From Alphaproteobacteria bacterium (GTDB lineage: Bacteria > Pseudomonadota > Alphaproteobacteria > UBA7887), in the NCBI GenBank assembly GCA_965216755.1, contig CBDCGL010000011.1, positions 1,984,001 to 2,048,000 on the forward strand: 64,000 nt of DNA, read 5' to 3'. Position 1 is the stretch's first letter; the number at the start of each line of letters is the position of its first letter. The notes under the pieces were generated by a model. It searched no databases and was not told the origin of the DNA. It saw only the letters and a program-made list of their open reading frames with translations. Shown here in pieces: positions 43,031 through 52,556 of the stretch. The position numbers and the translations under genes were made by a program.

Positions 43031-44869
43031 CTACAGCGAGAACACGTAGAGAACGTTGCTTGGTACAGCGGCTTTCAGCTCGGGTGTCGAGTCAGTGAAC
43101 CACTGCGGCCAGGCACCACCCAGGCCGACTTCGATGGCGATGTATTGTTTGCCATCGGCCTCATAGGACATCGGCGGCGCATTGATCGACGAACCGGTTT
43201 CGAAGCGCCACAGCTCCTCGAGAGTTGTATCGTCGAGCGCAACCACAGCGCCGTCCGCGGTGCCAGTGAGCACCAATCCGCCAGCCGTCGACAGGATACC
43301 GCCCAGCATCGGGAATTCGGTTTCCCACTTGCGGACGACGACGCCGGTAGAAACGTCAATAGCCGTCACGCTGCCGGTGATGCGTCCGGAACGCGGATCG
43401 TCAAAGGTGAAGTACGGCGCACCGCCCAAGAACCACTGCCGATCGGCCGGGTCAAAGTTCTTCGGAGCCACCTCCGCGAACGCCTTGTTGCAGCTTTCGA
43501 TCACCGGAATGTAGTAGAGGCCAGTGTGCGGGCTATACGATGTCGGGGGCCAGTTCTTGCCGCCGGTATGCGCCGGACACGAAATGCCTTCGACCTCGCT
43601 CCGCGTTCCCGCTTCCGTTTCTTCGCCACGGTGGGCCGCGGTGCCGTCGTTATAGCTTTGGACATCCACATTGGGGTCGTACGACACGGGCCGGCCGTTC
43701 TCATCGAGCCCATCCGTCCAGTTCAGCTTTTTGACAAACTGCGTGCCCCAAACATACTCACCATTCGAACGGTCAAGCGCGTATGCGAAGCCGTTGCGGT
43801 TGGCGTGCAGCGTTGCGCGTGTGAACTGACCGTTGATCACAGTATCAACAAATGTGTTTTCCGCGATCGAGTCATAGTCATAGGGATCGTTCGGCGTGTG
43901 CTGGAAACCCCAAAGAAACTCGCCCGTTTCCGCATTCACTGCGATGGTGCTGTCGGTCCACAGATTGTCGCCGGGACGATAAGCATTGTCCCAGTCCGGC
44001 CCCGGATTGGCGGTGCCCCAGACGATGATGTTCAGCTCGGGATCATACGACCCGGTGACCCAAGTCGAACCACCGCCGGTCTTCCACGCGCCGTAGTCAT
44101 CCTTCCACGTTTCGTGACCCGGTTCGCCCGGCCCCGGAATTGTGTGCGTCCGCCAGACTTCTTCGCCGGTGGCAATGTCCAGCGCGGCAATCCAGCCACG
44201 AACGCCGAATTCGGCGCCGGCCATACCCGTGACAACCGTGTCTTTAACAACCAAAGGTGCACCGGTGATGGTTTCGGCGATACCCGGGTCTGCGACCTGG
44301 GCTTCCCAAATCAGGCTACCATCGGTCTTGTTCAAGGCGCGAATTCGACCATCAATGACAGGGGAGACCACAATGTCGCCGTGAAGGGCCACGCCGCGAT
44401 TGTTGATGCCGCAGCACAACACGCTCGGCCCCCAATCTTTGTCGGCCTCCGGATCGGACTTCCAAACCGTGACCGGCTTTCCGCCACGCACATCGAGCTT
44501 GGTGACCACACCCCAACCAGTGGTCAGGTACAGAAACCCGTCCTCGGCGATCGGCGTGCCTTCGAGACCGGCGAACGGGAATACCACAGGGTCGGTCCCG
44601 CCGCCCTGGGCGCTTCCCATCGCGTAGGTGAACGCGACCTTAAGGTCCCCTACGTTGTCTCTGTTGATCTCGCGAAGGCCAGAAAAACGATGGGCTTCGT
44701 AGTTGCCGTGATGGTTGATCCAATTTTCGGGTTCGTTTTCGCTGTTGACCAGACGATCGTCAGTGACCGTCCCAGCCAGAGCCGTGGTCGTAAGCATCGC
44801 CGCGCCAATCGCAGCTGCCGACATCCCGAAGACTGGTGCCTTGGCCCCAGCCCTACTCGCAAATTCCAT
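43031..44869 (-). CDS. Type I PQQ-dependent alcohol dehydrogenase with lanthanide-type DxD motif
   Basis: Vicinal CC (LCCGINNRG), GAEFGVRG, WGTANPGP, HTPNDPYDYD, GGKNWPP; no heme domain; GGAGG RBS before ATG 44869. Confidence 0.93.
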   Translation of the reverse strand: MEFASRAGAKAPVFGMSAAAIGAAMLTTTALAGTVTDDRLVNSENEPENWINHHGNYEAHRFSGLREINRDNVGDLKVAFTYAMGSAQGGGTDPVVFPFAGLEGTPIAEDGFLYLTTGWGVVTKLDVRGGKPVTVWKSDPEADKDWGPSVLCCGINNRGVALHGDIVVSPVIDGRIRALNKTDGSLIWEAQVADPGIAETITGAPLVVKDTVVTGMAGAEFGVRGWIAALDIATGEEVWRTHTIPGPGEPGHETWKDDYGAWKTGGGSTWVTGSYDPELNIIVWGTANPGPDWDNAYRPGDNLWTDSTIAVNAETGEFLWGFQHTPNDPYDYDSIAENTFVDTVINGQFTRATLHANRNGFAYALDRSNGEYVWGTQFVKKLNWTDGLDENGRPVSYDPNVDVQSYNDGTAAHRGEETEAGTRSEVEGISCPAHTGGKNWPPTSYSPHTGLYYIPVIESCNKAFAEVAPKNFDPADRQWFLGGAPYFTFDDPRSGRITGSVTAIDVSTGVVVRKWETEFPMLGGILSTAGGLVLTGTADGAVVALDDTTLEELWRFETGSSINAPPMSYEADGKQYIAIEVGLGGAWPQWFTDSTPELKAAVPSNVLYVFSL

Positions 44870-45150
44870 GCTTCGGGTCCTCCCTAGTACGTACAACGTT
44901 TCCTTGAAAGCACGGCACCCATCGCGCGCCATTGCGCAACACCGCCACAGCCATCCGTTTGACTGCACCTCCAAAGATCCTGCTACTGACAAGCCTTGAG
45001 AGCTTAGCGGCATCGCGTTCGCCAGTCACAAAAAAAGCGCTCTGGAACAGGCATTCCTGCGGAATTCATGGTTGTGTGCGGCCGACATATAAGGTTTTCG
45101 GAGGTTTGGGCTGAATCATGGCCCATACTTTGGAGCGGCGGGTCCGCACC

Positions 45151-46467
45151 TCAGCGAAAAAAGAAGAACCGCGCCAGACCTGGCACAATCATGGTTAAGA
45201 AACGCGCCGTCGTCAGCCGCCGGGACGCCTGAATAAGGGTGAAGGCCATGCTCTTGGGACTTATGTCGCCGCCGCTCGTGCCGAATATCGAACGGTGCAT
45301 GCGGGATATATGGTCCATTGCGCGGCTGCCGAGGCCGGCCATCGCCGCCTGACCAGCCGCCGCGTCAGATCCGAATGTATTTCTGCTCCAGGACAGAAAC
45401 GATCGATAAAAGTCCAAGCTAGATTCGGATCGCACGGCATCGCGCCAAAGGCGCAGATCCGCCCGCGTCGGAACAACCCGCCAAATGACCAGAACGAGAA
45501 AAACAAACAGCGCCGCGGCCGGCATCAAGAAGAGTGTCAACAGCCCAAACCGTTCCGCCCGGTGCCTCGCCAGTGCTTCCCTGCGCAGTTCGCGGCGAAG
45601 CTCCATCGCACCCCTCTTAAGCGGTTCGACGCGTTGGCCCGGCACAGCCGCCACTTCGGTTGTTGCGCGCTCGGGGTTCCAATATGGCAGTGTAACGCCC
45701 TCGATATGCGTAACGTCCTCGGTTTCAATGTAAATGTCCCAGCTTTGCCGCAGGTGGGCGACAAAACCAGCGGTGGTTTTTTCGGTTTCTGCGGACATCT
45801 CGGTATTCATCACCCGATAACCTTCGCCGGCGGCCAAGACAAGCTCGGGCAAGTCGTCGGCGCTCATGCCGGCGACGGTCAGTGACACCGTGCGGCGCAC
45901 TGTGTCGCCGTTCTGGATTTCACTGATCACGTGCGACCATGAGTCTTCCATTGTGACTTGGTGAGAAACGATCCAGGCATCGCCGTCGAAATCGGGGCTC
46001 TTCGGATGAACAACGATGTCTCGTTGCGGATGTATTTCCTTGAACTCAACGCTGCGGCCATCGCTTCGCGTCGAAATGCCGGTAACCGTGATCGGCGGGA
46101 TAACGAGGGTTCCGCCACGTACGGGCACGATCGCGAGGCGAACGTCGTGGCTGTACCCCTTGCTGCCGACAATGCTGTACCCCTCGTCGCCTGAGACCTC
46201 GATTTGCCGCGTATGCGGACGCGCCAAAAAGTCTGATCGCGCATCCTCGATAATTGGCAGCTCGAGACGTATGCGCTTAAACGGGTTAGCTGAAATGTAT
46301 TGGACGTGCATGACAATTTCGCCGCCGACATACGCGCCCGTGGTCGCTACAAACGCTGGCTCCAAGGTGACGGTAAAGTTTTCCCGATCCTGCTCGACCG
46401 GGTGCTGGGCAAAAGCCAGCTGGGTCCACACGCAAACGCACAGCCAACACAGCAATACGCGGGTCAT
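45151..46467 (-). CDS. BatD-like exported/membrane protein
   Basis: Signal peptide, Ig-like segments (GTLVIPPITV, GDTVRRTVSL, LPYWNP), TM near C-terminus; last gene of MoxR operon. Confidence 0.7.
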   Translation of the reverse strand: MTRVLLCWLCVCVWTQLAFAQHPVEQDRENFTVTLEPAFVATTGAYVGGEIVMHVQYISANPFKRIRLELPIIEDARSDFLARPHTRQIEVSGDEGYSIVGSKGYSHDVRLAIVPVRGGTLVIPPITVTGISTRSDGRSVEFKEIHPQRDIVVHPKSPDFDGDAWIVSHQVTMEDSWSHVISEIQNGDTVRRTVSLTVAGMSADDLPELVLAAGEGYRVMNTEMSAETEKTTAGFVAHLRQSWDIYIETEDVTHIEGVTLPYWNPERATTEVAAVPGQRVEPLKRGAMELRRELRREALARHRAERFGLLTLFLMPAAALFVFLVLVIWRVVPTRADLRLWRDAVRSESSLDFYRSFLSWSRNTFGSDAAAGQAAMAGLGSRAMDHISRMHRSIFGTSGGDISPKSMAFTLIQASRRLTTARFLTMIVPGLARFFFFR

Positions 46468-47270
46468 TCGGCGATTCCCGCAATCCGCGATTCATAGACC
46501 GAAAGCATGCGCGCACGCAGAACCTTTTCTGGATCGTCGCGAATTCTGCGCAGCAGCGTCTCCGGCGGCCGCGCGCTAGTTCTCGGTTTCAGGTCGACGG
46601 TCCCCACCATGCGCCGGTTGTTTCGCCCGCGGTCCTCGCTCGTCTGGCCGACCGCAGCGGCGCTGCCAGCCTCGCCAGCAACCTCGACCGGCTTGGGACG
46701 CTCAGCGGCCTCGCTATCGATCCTCTCGTCTGTATCGTTGGTGTTGCCTGCCGTATCGTTTTGCCTCGATTCTGCGGCTTGCGAGCGGTTCGATACGCCC
46801 TCCTGCGGCTCGGTGACCTGATGCTCTTGGACCTCAGCCGGCTCCTGTTCCGGACGTGCCTCGGGCTCGCCCAATGTCTGTTCGGGCTCCAACAGCTTTT
46901 GCGCCAAGGTCAAATTGTAGCGCGCATCGACATGGTCGGGGTCAAATCTCAGCACCCGTTGATACGTGGCGATGGCATTCGACCAGTCGCGCAAACGCGC
47001 ATAGCTGTTGGCAAGATTGTACAAACTGAGCACTGTCTCTTGGTCGGAAAATTCACGCGACGCTTGCTCATACCGTCCAGCGCGGTAAGCGGCCACGCCG
47101 CGCCAGGTCGCCTGTTGAAAGAACAATAGCGCCAAGTCGTGCTGACGGCTGTCTAGGTAGTCGAGCGCGATTTCAAAGTCACTCGGCGGGCGTTCGATTC
47201 GGGGCCAAAGCCACGAAATGGCCGCGACCATCGCGCAGACCAACACCCATCCGACAGCCCGCCACATCAC
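46464..47270 (-). CDS. TPR protein (BatC/MxaK-like)
   Basis: WRGVAAYRAGRY, YNLANSYA, DPDH.DARYNL, acidic linker, LRRIRDDP...LRA. Confidence 0.8.
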   Translation of the reverse strand: MMWRAVGWVLVCAMVAAISWLWPRIERPPSDFEIALDYLDSRQHDLALLFFQQATWRGVAAYRAGRYEQASREFSDQETVLSLYNLANSYARLRDWSNAIATYQRVLRFDPDHVDARYNLTLAQKLLEPEQTLGEPEARPEQEPAEVQEHQVTEPQEGVSNRSQAAESRQNDTAGNTNDTDERIDSEAAERPKPVEVAGEAGSAAAVGQTSEDRGRNNRRMVGTVDLKPRTSARPPETLLRRIRDDPEKVLRARMLSVYESRIAGIAE

Positions 47271-48124
47271 GTCGACCCGATTCGACGGAAAAAGAAGAGC
47301 CAAAGTAATGCAGCAGCACTGACCAGCCATGGGCGCAGGTCATATGCGGCGGCGTCATCGCTGTCGCGCAACGCCTTCGCGACTTCGTCATCCAAGTCAT
47401 CAATGACGGCATCAATCGACGTGTCGTCGGCCACCCGCGCGCCGATTCGATCGGCGTAGGCTTGCCAGCCATCAGCGCCATTTGGATCGACAACCAGCGC
47501 CCGCAACCACTTGCCGGCACCAGTCGCCGCAATCGTCGGCGCACCACCACCGGTCACCAATACCAACTGCCCGACCGCCATGTCGGCGCGTTTCAACAGC
47601 GCCTCGGCGTGGGTGATCGCGATGCCCGGCGCACGGCCCGCGACCGGCATAAGTTCGGGATCGATGACACGCAAATACCGGTCAAGATGCGCGCGGTCAG
47701 TGGTGAACGGAACAATGTCAAACGCCTCGGCGGTCGCAACAACCAGCGCCGTCGGCACGCTCGGCGCCGCGTCCAGAATTCGGAATGCGATCAATCGTTG
47801 GCGTTCGATGTCTCTTCCCGCGCCAATGTCGAGCGCGATCACGCGTCCGGCCAGGTTGCCATACTCGGTCGGCTCGCCGATATCCAGGATCGGCCGAGCC
47901 AGGCACAGCACCAGCAGCGCCCATGTCGCCGACCAAAGCACCACCGGCAACCGGATTTGCGAAACGACCCGCTGCGCCATAAACGGTTGCATCGTCGTGT
48001 CGATGATTCGACGCCAATGACCGGGCAGGCTCATCACCGCCTGCCCCTGCCTGAGCGTCAGCCAAGCCACCAACGTGATCGCTGGCACCAGCAACAAAAG
48101 CGCGCGAGGCTCCGCGAAACTCAT
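47267..48124 (-). CDS. vWA-domain protein (BatB/MxaL-like) with degenerate MIDAS
   Basis: F.EP.ALLLL, LA.P, VPFTTD, PELMPV.G; DIGAG where DxSxS is expected. Confidence 0.72.
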   Translation of the reverse strand: MSFAEPRALLLLVPAITLVAWLTLRQGQAVMSLPGHWRRIIDTTMQPFMAQRVVSQIRLPVVLWSATWALLVLCLARPILDIGEPTEYGNLAGRVIALDIGAGRDIERQRLIAFRILDAAPSVPTALVVATAEAFDIVPFTTDRAHLDRYLRVIDPELMPVAGRAPGIAITHAEALLKRADMAVGQLVLVTGGGAPTIAATGAGKWLRALVVDPNGADGWQAYADRIGARVADDTSIDAVIDDLDDEVAKALRDSDDAAAYDLRPWLVSAAALLWLFFFRRIGST

Positions 48125-49059
48125 GCCTTGCGGATCCCCTGCACCACAAGACCGGCGAGTATGATCAGCACCAGGGCGATCGCGTAGACCGACCAATCGC
48201 GCACCATGTAATCCTCTTCCTCAGGCCGTGTTGCGGGTTCGCGATCGCTTATTTCACGCGATGTCGCGGCCAAACCTGCCGCCGACTGGGCCCAGAAAAA
48301 CACCCCGCCGGTATTGTGCGCAATGGTTCTCAAAATGTCCGCGCCATCCGCCTGGATATTGGACGCAAAGCCGATCGTGTGTATGCGTATGTCGCGTCGC
48401 GCGGCCAAGTCCGCCGCGTCTGGGCCCGTCAATTCTCCCGAATTGTCCTCGCCATCCGACAGCAACACCAGCACGCGGCCGGCGTCCTGCTTGGAATCGA
48501 AAGTCTTTACCGCCAATCCAATGGCGCGGCCAAGATCGGTTCGATGTCCCGGCAGTCCGATCTCCAATTCGCCCAGCACGGCCGCGACGGCTTCGACATC
48601 ATAGGTCAAGGGCGCGATCAGATAGGCCTCGTGGCCATAGACGATCAGGCCGACCCGGTCGCCCCTACGCGATTTGATAAAGTCGCCAACCATTGCACGA
48701 GCAACCACGTAGCGCGATGCGCCGTCCCCGTTCCAAGCCATGTCGGGCTCTTCCATGCTCGCCGATAGATCGATCGCCACCATCAGATCGCGGCCGGTCG
48801 GCGTCACCAGGATCGTCTCGCGGCTGTATGGTCCGGCCAGCGCGACCACCAAGACAACCCATCCCAGCGCCTTGAGCCAAAGGTCCTCCGGGCCGCCCCA
48901 GCGACGCCGCCGGCCCTGGCCCGACAGGCCCGAGATCAGACCGCCAATCGGCGCGGGAACAGGCAATGCGGCGTCGGCCGCAAGCGCCGGCAACAACCAC
49001 CAAGCCGCGAGCGGTAGGGGTAAGAGGGCAAGTGCCCAAGGGCGTAGAAACTCGATCAT
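48121..49059 (-). CDS. vWA-domain protein (BatA/MxaC-like)
   Basis: GRDLMVAIDLSASM, GDRVGLIVYG, PLTYD, LLSDGEDNSG, IHTIG. Confidence 0.9.
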   Translation of the reverse strand: MIEFLRPWALALLPLPLAAWWLLPALAADAALPVPAPIGGLISGLSGQGRRRRWGGPEDLWLKALGWVVLVVALAGPYSRETILVTPTGRDLMVAIDLSASMEEPDMAWNGDGASRYVVARAMVGDFIKSRRGDRVGLIVYGHEAYLIAPLTYDVEAVAAVLGELEIGLPGHRTDLGRAIGLAVKTFDSKQDAGRVLVLLSDGEDNSGELTGPDAADLAARRDIRIHTIGFASNIQADGADILRTIAHNTGGVFFWAQSAAGLAATSREISDREPATRPEEEDYMVRDWSVYAIALVLIILAGLVVQGIRKA

Positions 49060-49424
49060 CGGCGAAGTTCACCACTCAGGAAAGAGATGAACTCGGCTCG
49101 TTCGGCATCGGTAATCGAGGCCGGGCGGCGATAGGCAAGTGCCGGCAAATTGACCGAACGTCCCGCCCGCTGGGAAAGGGTGCCGGCGAAAGCAAGCAGC
49201 AACGACCATTGCGTCGCCGGATCTTTGGCCCCGGCAATGCGCGCCAGATCTCCGGTCGCGATCCGCCGCCATCGATTGCGTTTCCACCAGCGCGCGAGCA
49301 ACACAACACCGACGATGATCGCCAAAACGATGAACGGCCAGGCTGCGAGCACGATCGGCGCCGCCTCGAGATTCGCCGGGACGTGAATGTCGCGCAGTTG
49401 CGCGAGGACCTCCTCCTCGCTCAC
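49056..49424 (-). CDS. DUF4381-like membrane protein
   Basis: LAQLRDIHVP followed by a TM helix and RRNRWRR; between the DUF58 and vWA genes. Confidence 0.75.
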   Translation of the reverse strand: MSEEEVLAQLRDIHVPANLEAAPIVLAAWPFIVLAIIVGVVLLARWWKRNRWRRIATGDLARIAGAKDPATQWSLLLAFAGTLSQRAGRSVNLPALAYRRPASITDAERAEFISFLSGELRR

Positions 49425-50341
49425 CGCTCCTCTCCAGGCAACAAATAGCCGCCACTCGCAGCGTCAGTAATGCGCCAACCGTCGCTCGTCAGGTGGCGAC
49501 GCAGGGCGCGACGCAGTTCGTCGACGGTGTTCTGTTGGCGCTGCACCGGGGCTGTTGCCACCATCGCCGTGCGGCGCTGGGGATCATGCATGGTTTGATA
49601 CGGATAACGCCCCGCCGGGATAGGTTCCCGAAACATCGGGTCCTCGACGATGATCGCCCGGAAATGACGAATGGCGTCCAGCTCTCGAACTTTGGCACTC
49701 AATGCCGCGGGCAGTTCGCCAAAGTCACTGAAAACACAAATCTCATCGCCAAACGCCAAGTGCGCGCTGGCGGTGTCGATCGCAACCACCAAGGCGTCCG
49801 AGTCACCCGCCTCGGTTCGCGAAAGTGCCGAAGCGTAGGCATCTTCCAAGTGCTTCAAAAGGAACAGAATATGGCCGCGGCCGCGGCGCGGGCGCACCAA
49901 AATCTGGTCCGGCACCACAACCAGACCGACGGGTTCCTGCAAGGTAAGGGCTTCCCACGCCATGTGGGCGGCTAAGAGCGCTGCGGTCTTGGCCATCGGC
50001 CGGATCGCGGTACCGAACATCAGGTGAGGCCGCAGGTCGACGATCAGCATCCGCGCGAGATGTGATTCCGCCACGAAACGTTTCATTTGGGCGCGTCCCG
50101 TGCGGGCCGTGGCACGCCAATCCATCCACCGGATATCGTCGCCGGGAACGTAAGGGCCAACGCTGTCCAGGTCCATACCCTGCGCGCGGCGTCGACCCGG
50201 GCGCATTCCGGTTGGATACCGTTCGCCTGGCAACAACCGACCACGGACGCGATGCGGTTGCGTGGCCATCAGTTCGCGTAGCGTAAGTCTCGCAGGTTCA
50301 TTTGCATCCGGATCGGGCGACTTGGCGCCGCTAGACCACAT
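49421..50341 (-). CDS. DUF58 domain protein (MxaS-like)
   Basis: QGMD......YVPGDDIRWMDWRATART, MFGT, VFSDF. Confidence 0.88.
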   Translation of the reverse strand: MWSSGAKSPDPDANEPARLTLRELMATQPHRVRGRLLPGERYPTGMRPGRRRAQGMDLDSVGPYVPGDDIRWMDWRATARTGRAQMKRFVAESHLARMLIVDLRPHLMFGTAIRPMAKTAALLAAHMAWEALTLQEPVGLVVVPDQILVRPRRGRGHILFLLKHLEDAYASALSRTEAGDSDALVVAIDTASAHLAFGDEICVFSDFGELPAALSAKVRELDAIRHFRAIIVEDPMFREPIPAGRYPYQTMHDPQRRTAMVATAPVQRQQNTVDELRRALRRHLTSDGWRITDAASGGYLLPGEER

Positions 50342-51296
50342 TGACCTGTTCCAGCAAATTCTGGACGATCTGGTCGGGAGTCACGCCGTCCGCTTCCGCG
50401 CGATACGTCAGCCCCATGCGATGGCGCAGCGCATTGGGCGTCAGCGCGATGACGTCCTCGGGCAAAACGTGGTCGCGCTCCATGAGCCAGGCGCGCGCCT
50501 GCGCTGTGCGCGCCAAAGATACTGATCCGCGCGGGCTGACGGGATGAGACAAATGTTCACCCACGCCTTTGAGGCTCTCCGGGTCGCCGCGCGTACCCGA
50601 GATGAGGCGCACGATATAGTCGCGGATCGGTTCTGAAAGATGCACCTCCAGCACCAAGCGCCGCGCCTCCGCCAAATCCGCCTTTGAAATCGGCGTTGGC
50701 GGTGGGCTCGGCGTCAGTGCTTCGACCGCTTCTCGAAGCACAAGATCGAATATGTCCCGCTCGGCGGTGAGATCCGGATAATCGATAGTCACGTGCAGCA
50801 AAAAGCGATCGAGCTGTGCCTGGGGTAGCTCCCAGGTTCCCTCATGCTCGATCGGGTTCTGGGTCGCGATCACGAAGAACGGCGGTTCCAGCCTGAAGCT
50901 TCTGGTACCACTGGTGACCTGGCGCTCCTCCATGGCCTCGAGCAAGGCGGACTGAACTTTGGCCGGCGCACGGTTAATCTCATCGGCCAGAATGAAATTG
51001 CCGAAAACCGGACCCTTCTGGAAATCGAATCTCTGTTCGCGCGCATCGTAAATCGACGACCCGGTCAGATCGGAGGGCAACAGGTCAGGTGTGAACTGGA
51101 TACGGTTGAACACGCCTTCCATCGCCTGTGCCAGAAGGCGGGCCATGCGAGTCTTGGCGAGGCCTGGCGCGCCCTCCAACAGCACGTGGCCATCGGCCAA
51201 TAGGCCGATCAATAGATTAACGACAGTTTGGCGCTGACCGACCACGCCGGCTTCGAGCCGTTTCCTCAAATCAACGAACGTCGAGCGAACCGACAC
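50331..51296 (-). CDS. moxR: MoxR family AAA+ ATPase
   Basis: GHVLLEGAPGLAKT, RIQFTPDLLPSD, DEINRAPAKVQSALLEAMEE, ATQNPIE.EGT..LP.AQLDRF, SPRGS. Confidence 0.95.
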   Translation of the reverse strand: MSVRSTFVDLRKRLEAGVVGQRQTVVNLLIGLLADGHVLLEGAPGLAKTRMARLLAQAMEGVFNRIQFTPDLLPSDLTGSSIYDAREQRFDFQKGPVFGNFILADEINRAPAKVQSALLEAMEERQVTSGTRSFRLEPPFFVIATQNPIEHEGTWELPQAQLDRFLLHVTIDYPDLTAERDIFDLVLREAVEALTPSPPPTPISKADLAEARRLVLEVHLSEPIRDYIVRLISGTRGDPESLKGVGEHLSHPVSPRGSVSLARTAQARAWLMERDHVLPEDVIALTPNALRHRMGLTYRAEADGVTPDQIVQNLLEQVNVV

Positions 51297-51948
51297 GCGC
51301 CCAAATCTCCCTTGTCTCCGTGACCGCTTTGCGCCCAAATTAGAATGCGCAAACTGGCATCCGACCCTCGATCTTGCCGATTACCGAGGTCACGGCGCCA
51401 TTGGCCCATTGCCGGCCGGTTTGTCAGCGCAAACCGGGTCGTTTCCGTCTGGCGAGAACCACCGCTAACGGCAGCCCCGCAACAATCTAGCGCCGCAGCC
51501 ACGTCGAGACCAATTTGACCGGGATTGCTCAGATGGCCGCCGGATTCGGCGCCAGGTTAGCTGTTTAGGTCCCGGACGGCAATTTCGAGATAGAACGCTG
51601 GGCGCCTACCCCCGACGCGACTGTCCGTCGTTGCTTCGTCACGCCACATCTGACCGACGCGATTGCACCGTCGGCAAACGCGCTGCGACGTTCAATTGCG
51701 CCGGTTGTCGGCGAGGGTTAACCCATTGTCACGCGGCGTTTGAGATGCCGCCGAGATTTCGGACGACGGGGCCAAATCTGCCGGGATAGCTCAACGTCGA
51801 TCCGCGACTGTTCCTTAAACGCCGTCAACGTGGCCGCTGAAACTCGCCACGCTCAGCCCGCACGGCACCGACCGGACTCCGGCGCCATGTTCTGCGCTAT
51901 ACTGGAGTGGCTGATCCCAGGGACAAGTAACATGGAAGCGCTAAGGAC

Positions 51949-52284
51949 ATGGCGATAAGTAATCGGTGGCGGCATTTGGCCGCAACATTCACGATCATAG
52001 CCACGGCTCAGGCGCTGGCTGGCATTGCCCAGGCCGTTGATCGGACGTCAGTGACCGTGGTCAACGAGCGGGCTTTCATGCTGAACGTGGAGCTGCGCGA
52101 CAAAGTCTGCGGCGGTGGCGTGCTGCTCCGCGACCAACTGGATCCCGGCGAGGTGCGCGAAATTGAAATGTGTGTCGATGCCGACGGCGTCGGTGCGCTT
52201 GGTGTCACCTATGGCAGCGGCTGTTCCCAAGTCAAACGCACTGAAATGCGCGATATTGCGCCAGGAGCAACCATCACGTTCTGA
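51949..52284 (+). CDS. Small secreted hypothetical protein
   Basis: AAGGA RBS, signal peptide ending AQA, beta-rich mature part with 3 Cys. Confidence 0.6.
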   Translation: MAISNRWRHLAATFTIIATAQALAGIAQAVDRTSVTVVNERAFMLNVELRDKVCGGGVLLRDQLDPGEVREIEMCVDADGVGALGVTYGSGCSQVKRTEMRDIAPGATITF

Positions 52285-52556
52285 CGTCCCGCCGCCACTT
52301 GCCGTGTAAGATCGATTGGACTGAGCCTGTCTGCAAATGTGGCGACGCGTTGATCCGAAGCGACCTCTTCCAAGGTGCCGGCGAGCGGCTCGCCTTGGTG
52401 TGTCCTGATCCGAAAGCCAATCTCGGATCACACCTGTTGAAACGTATCGGCGTCAAGACAGCCACGGTCTCTGTTATTAATTTGGGTGTAACAGAGGGCT
52501 CGCATCAAAATTGCGCTCCGCAGCTCCGCGTCTCGTTGTCCTTTTGAAATCAAAAA

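Noticed and set aside
42989-44887. 632-aa plus-strand ORF
   Set aside because: Antisense shadow of the PQQ dehydrogenase; no motifs, typical of GC-rich codon bias.
45010-45025. Sigma54-like GG-N10-GC upstream of the ADH (minus strand TGGCGAACGCGATGC)
   Set aside because: Spacing is correct but the match to TGGCAC-N5-TTGC is poor; expected by chance in GC-rich DNA.
40790-45150. pqqA precursor peptide near the ADH
   Set aside because: No short ORF with a PqqA-like ExxxY pattern was found by eye in the intergenic gaps.
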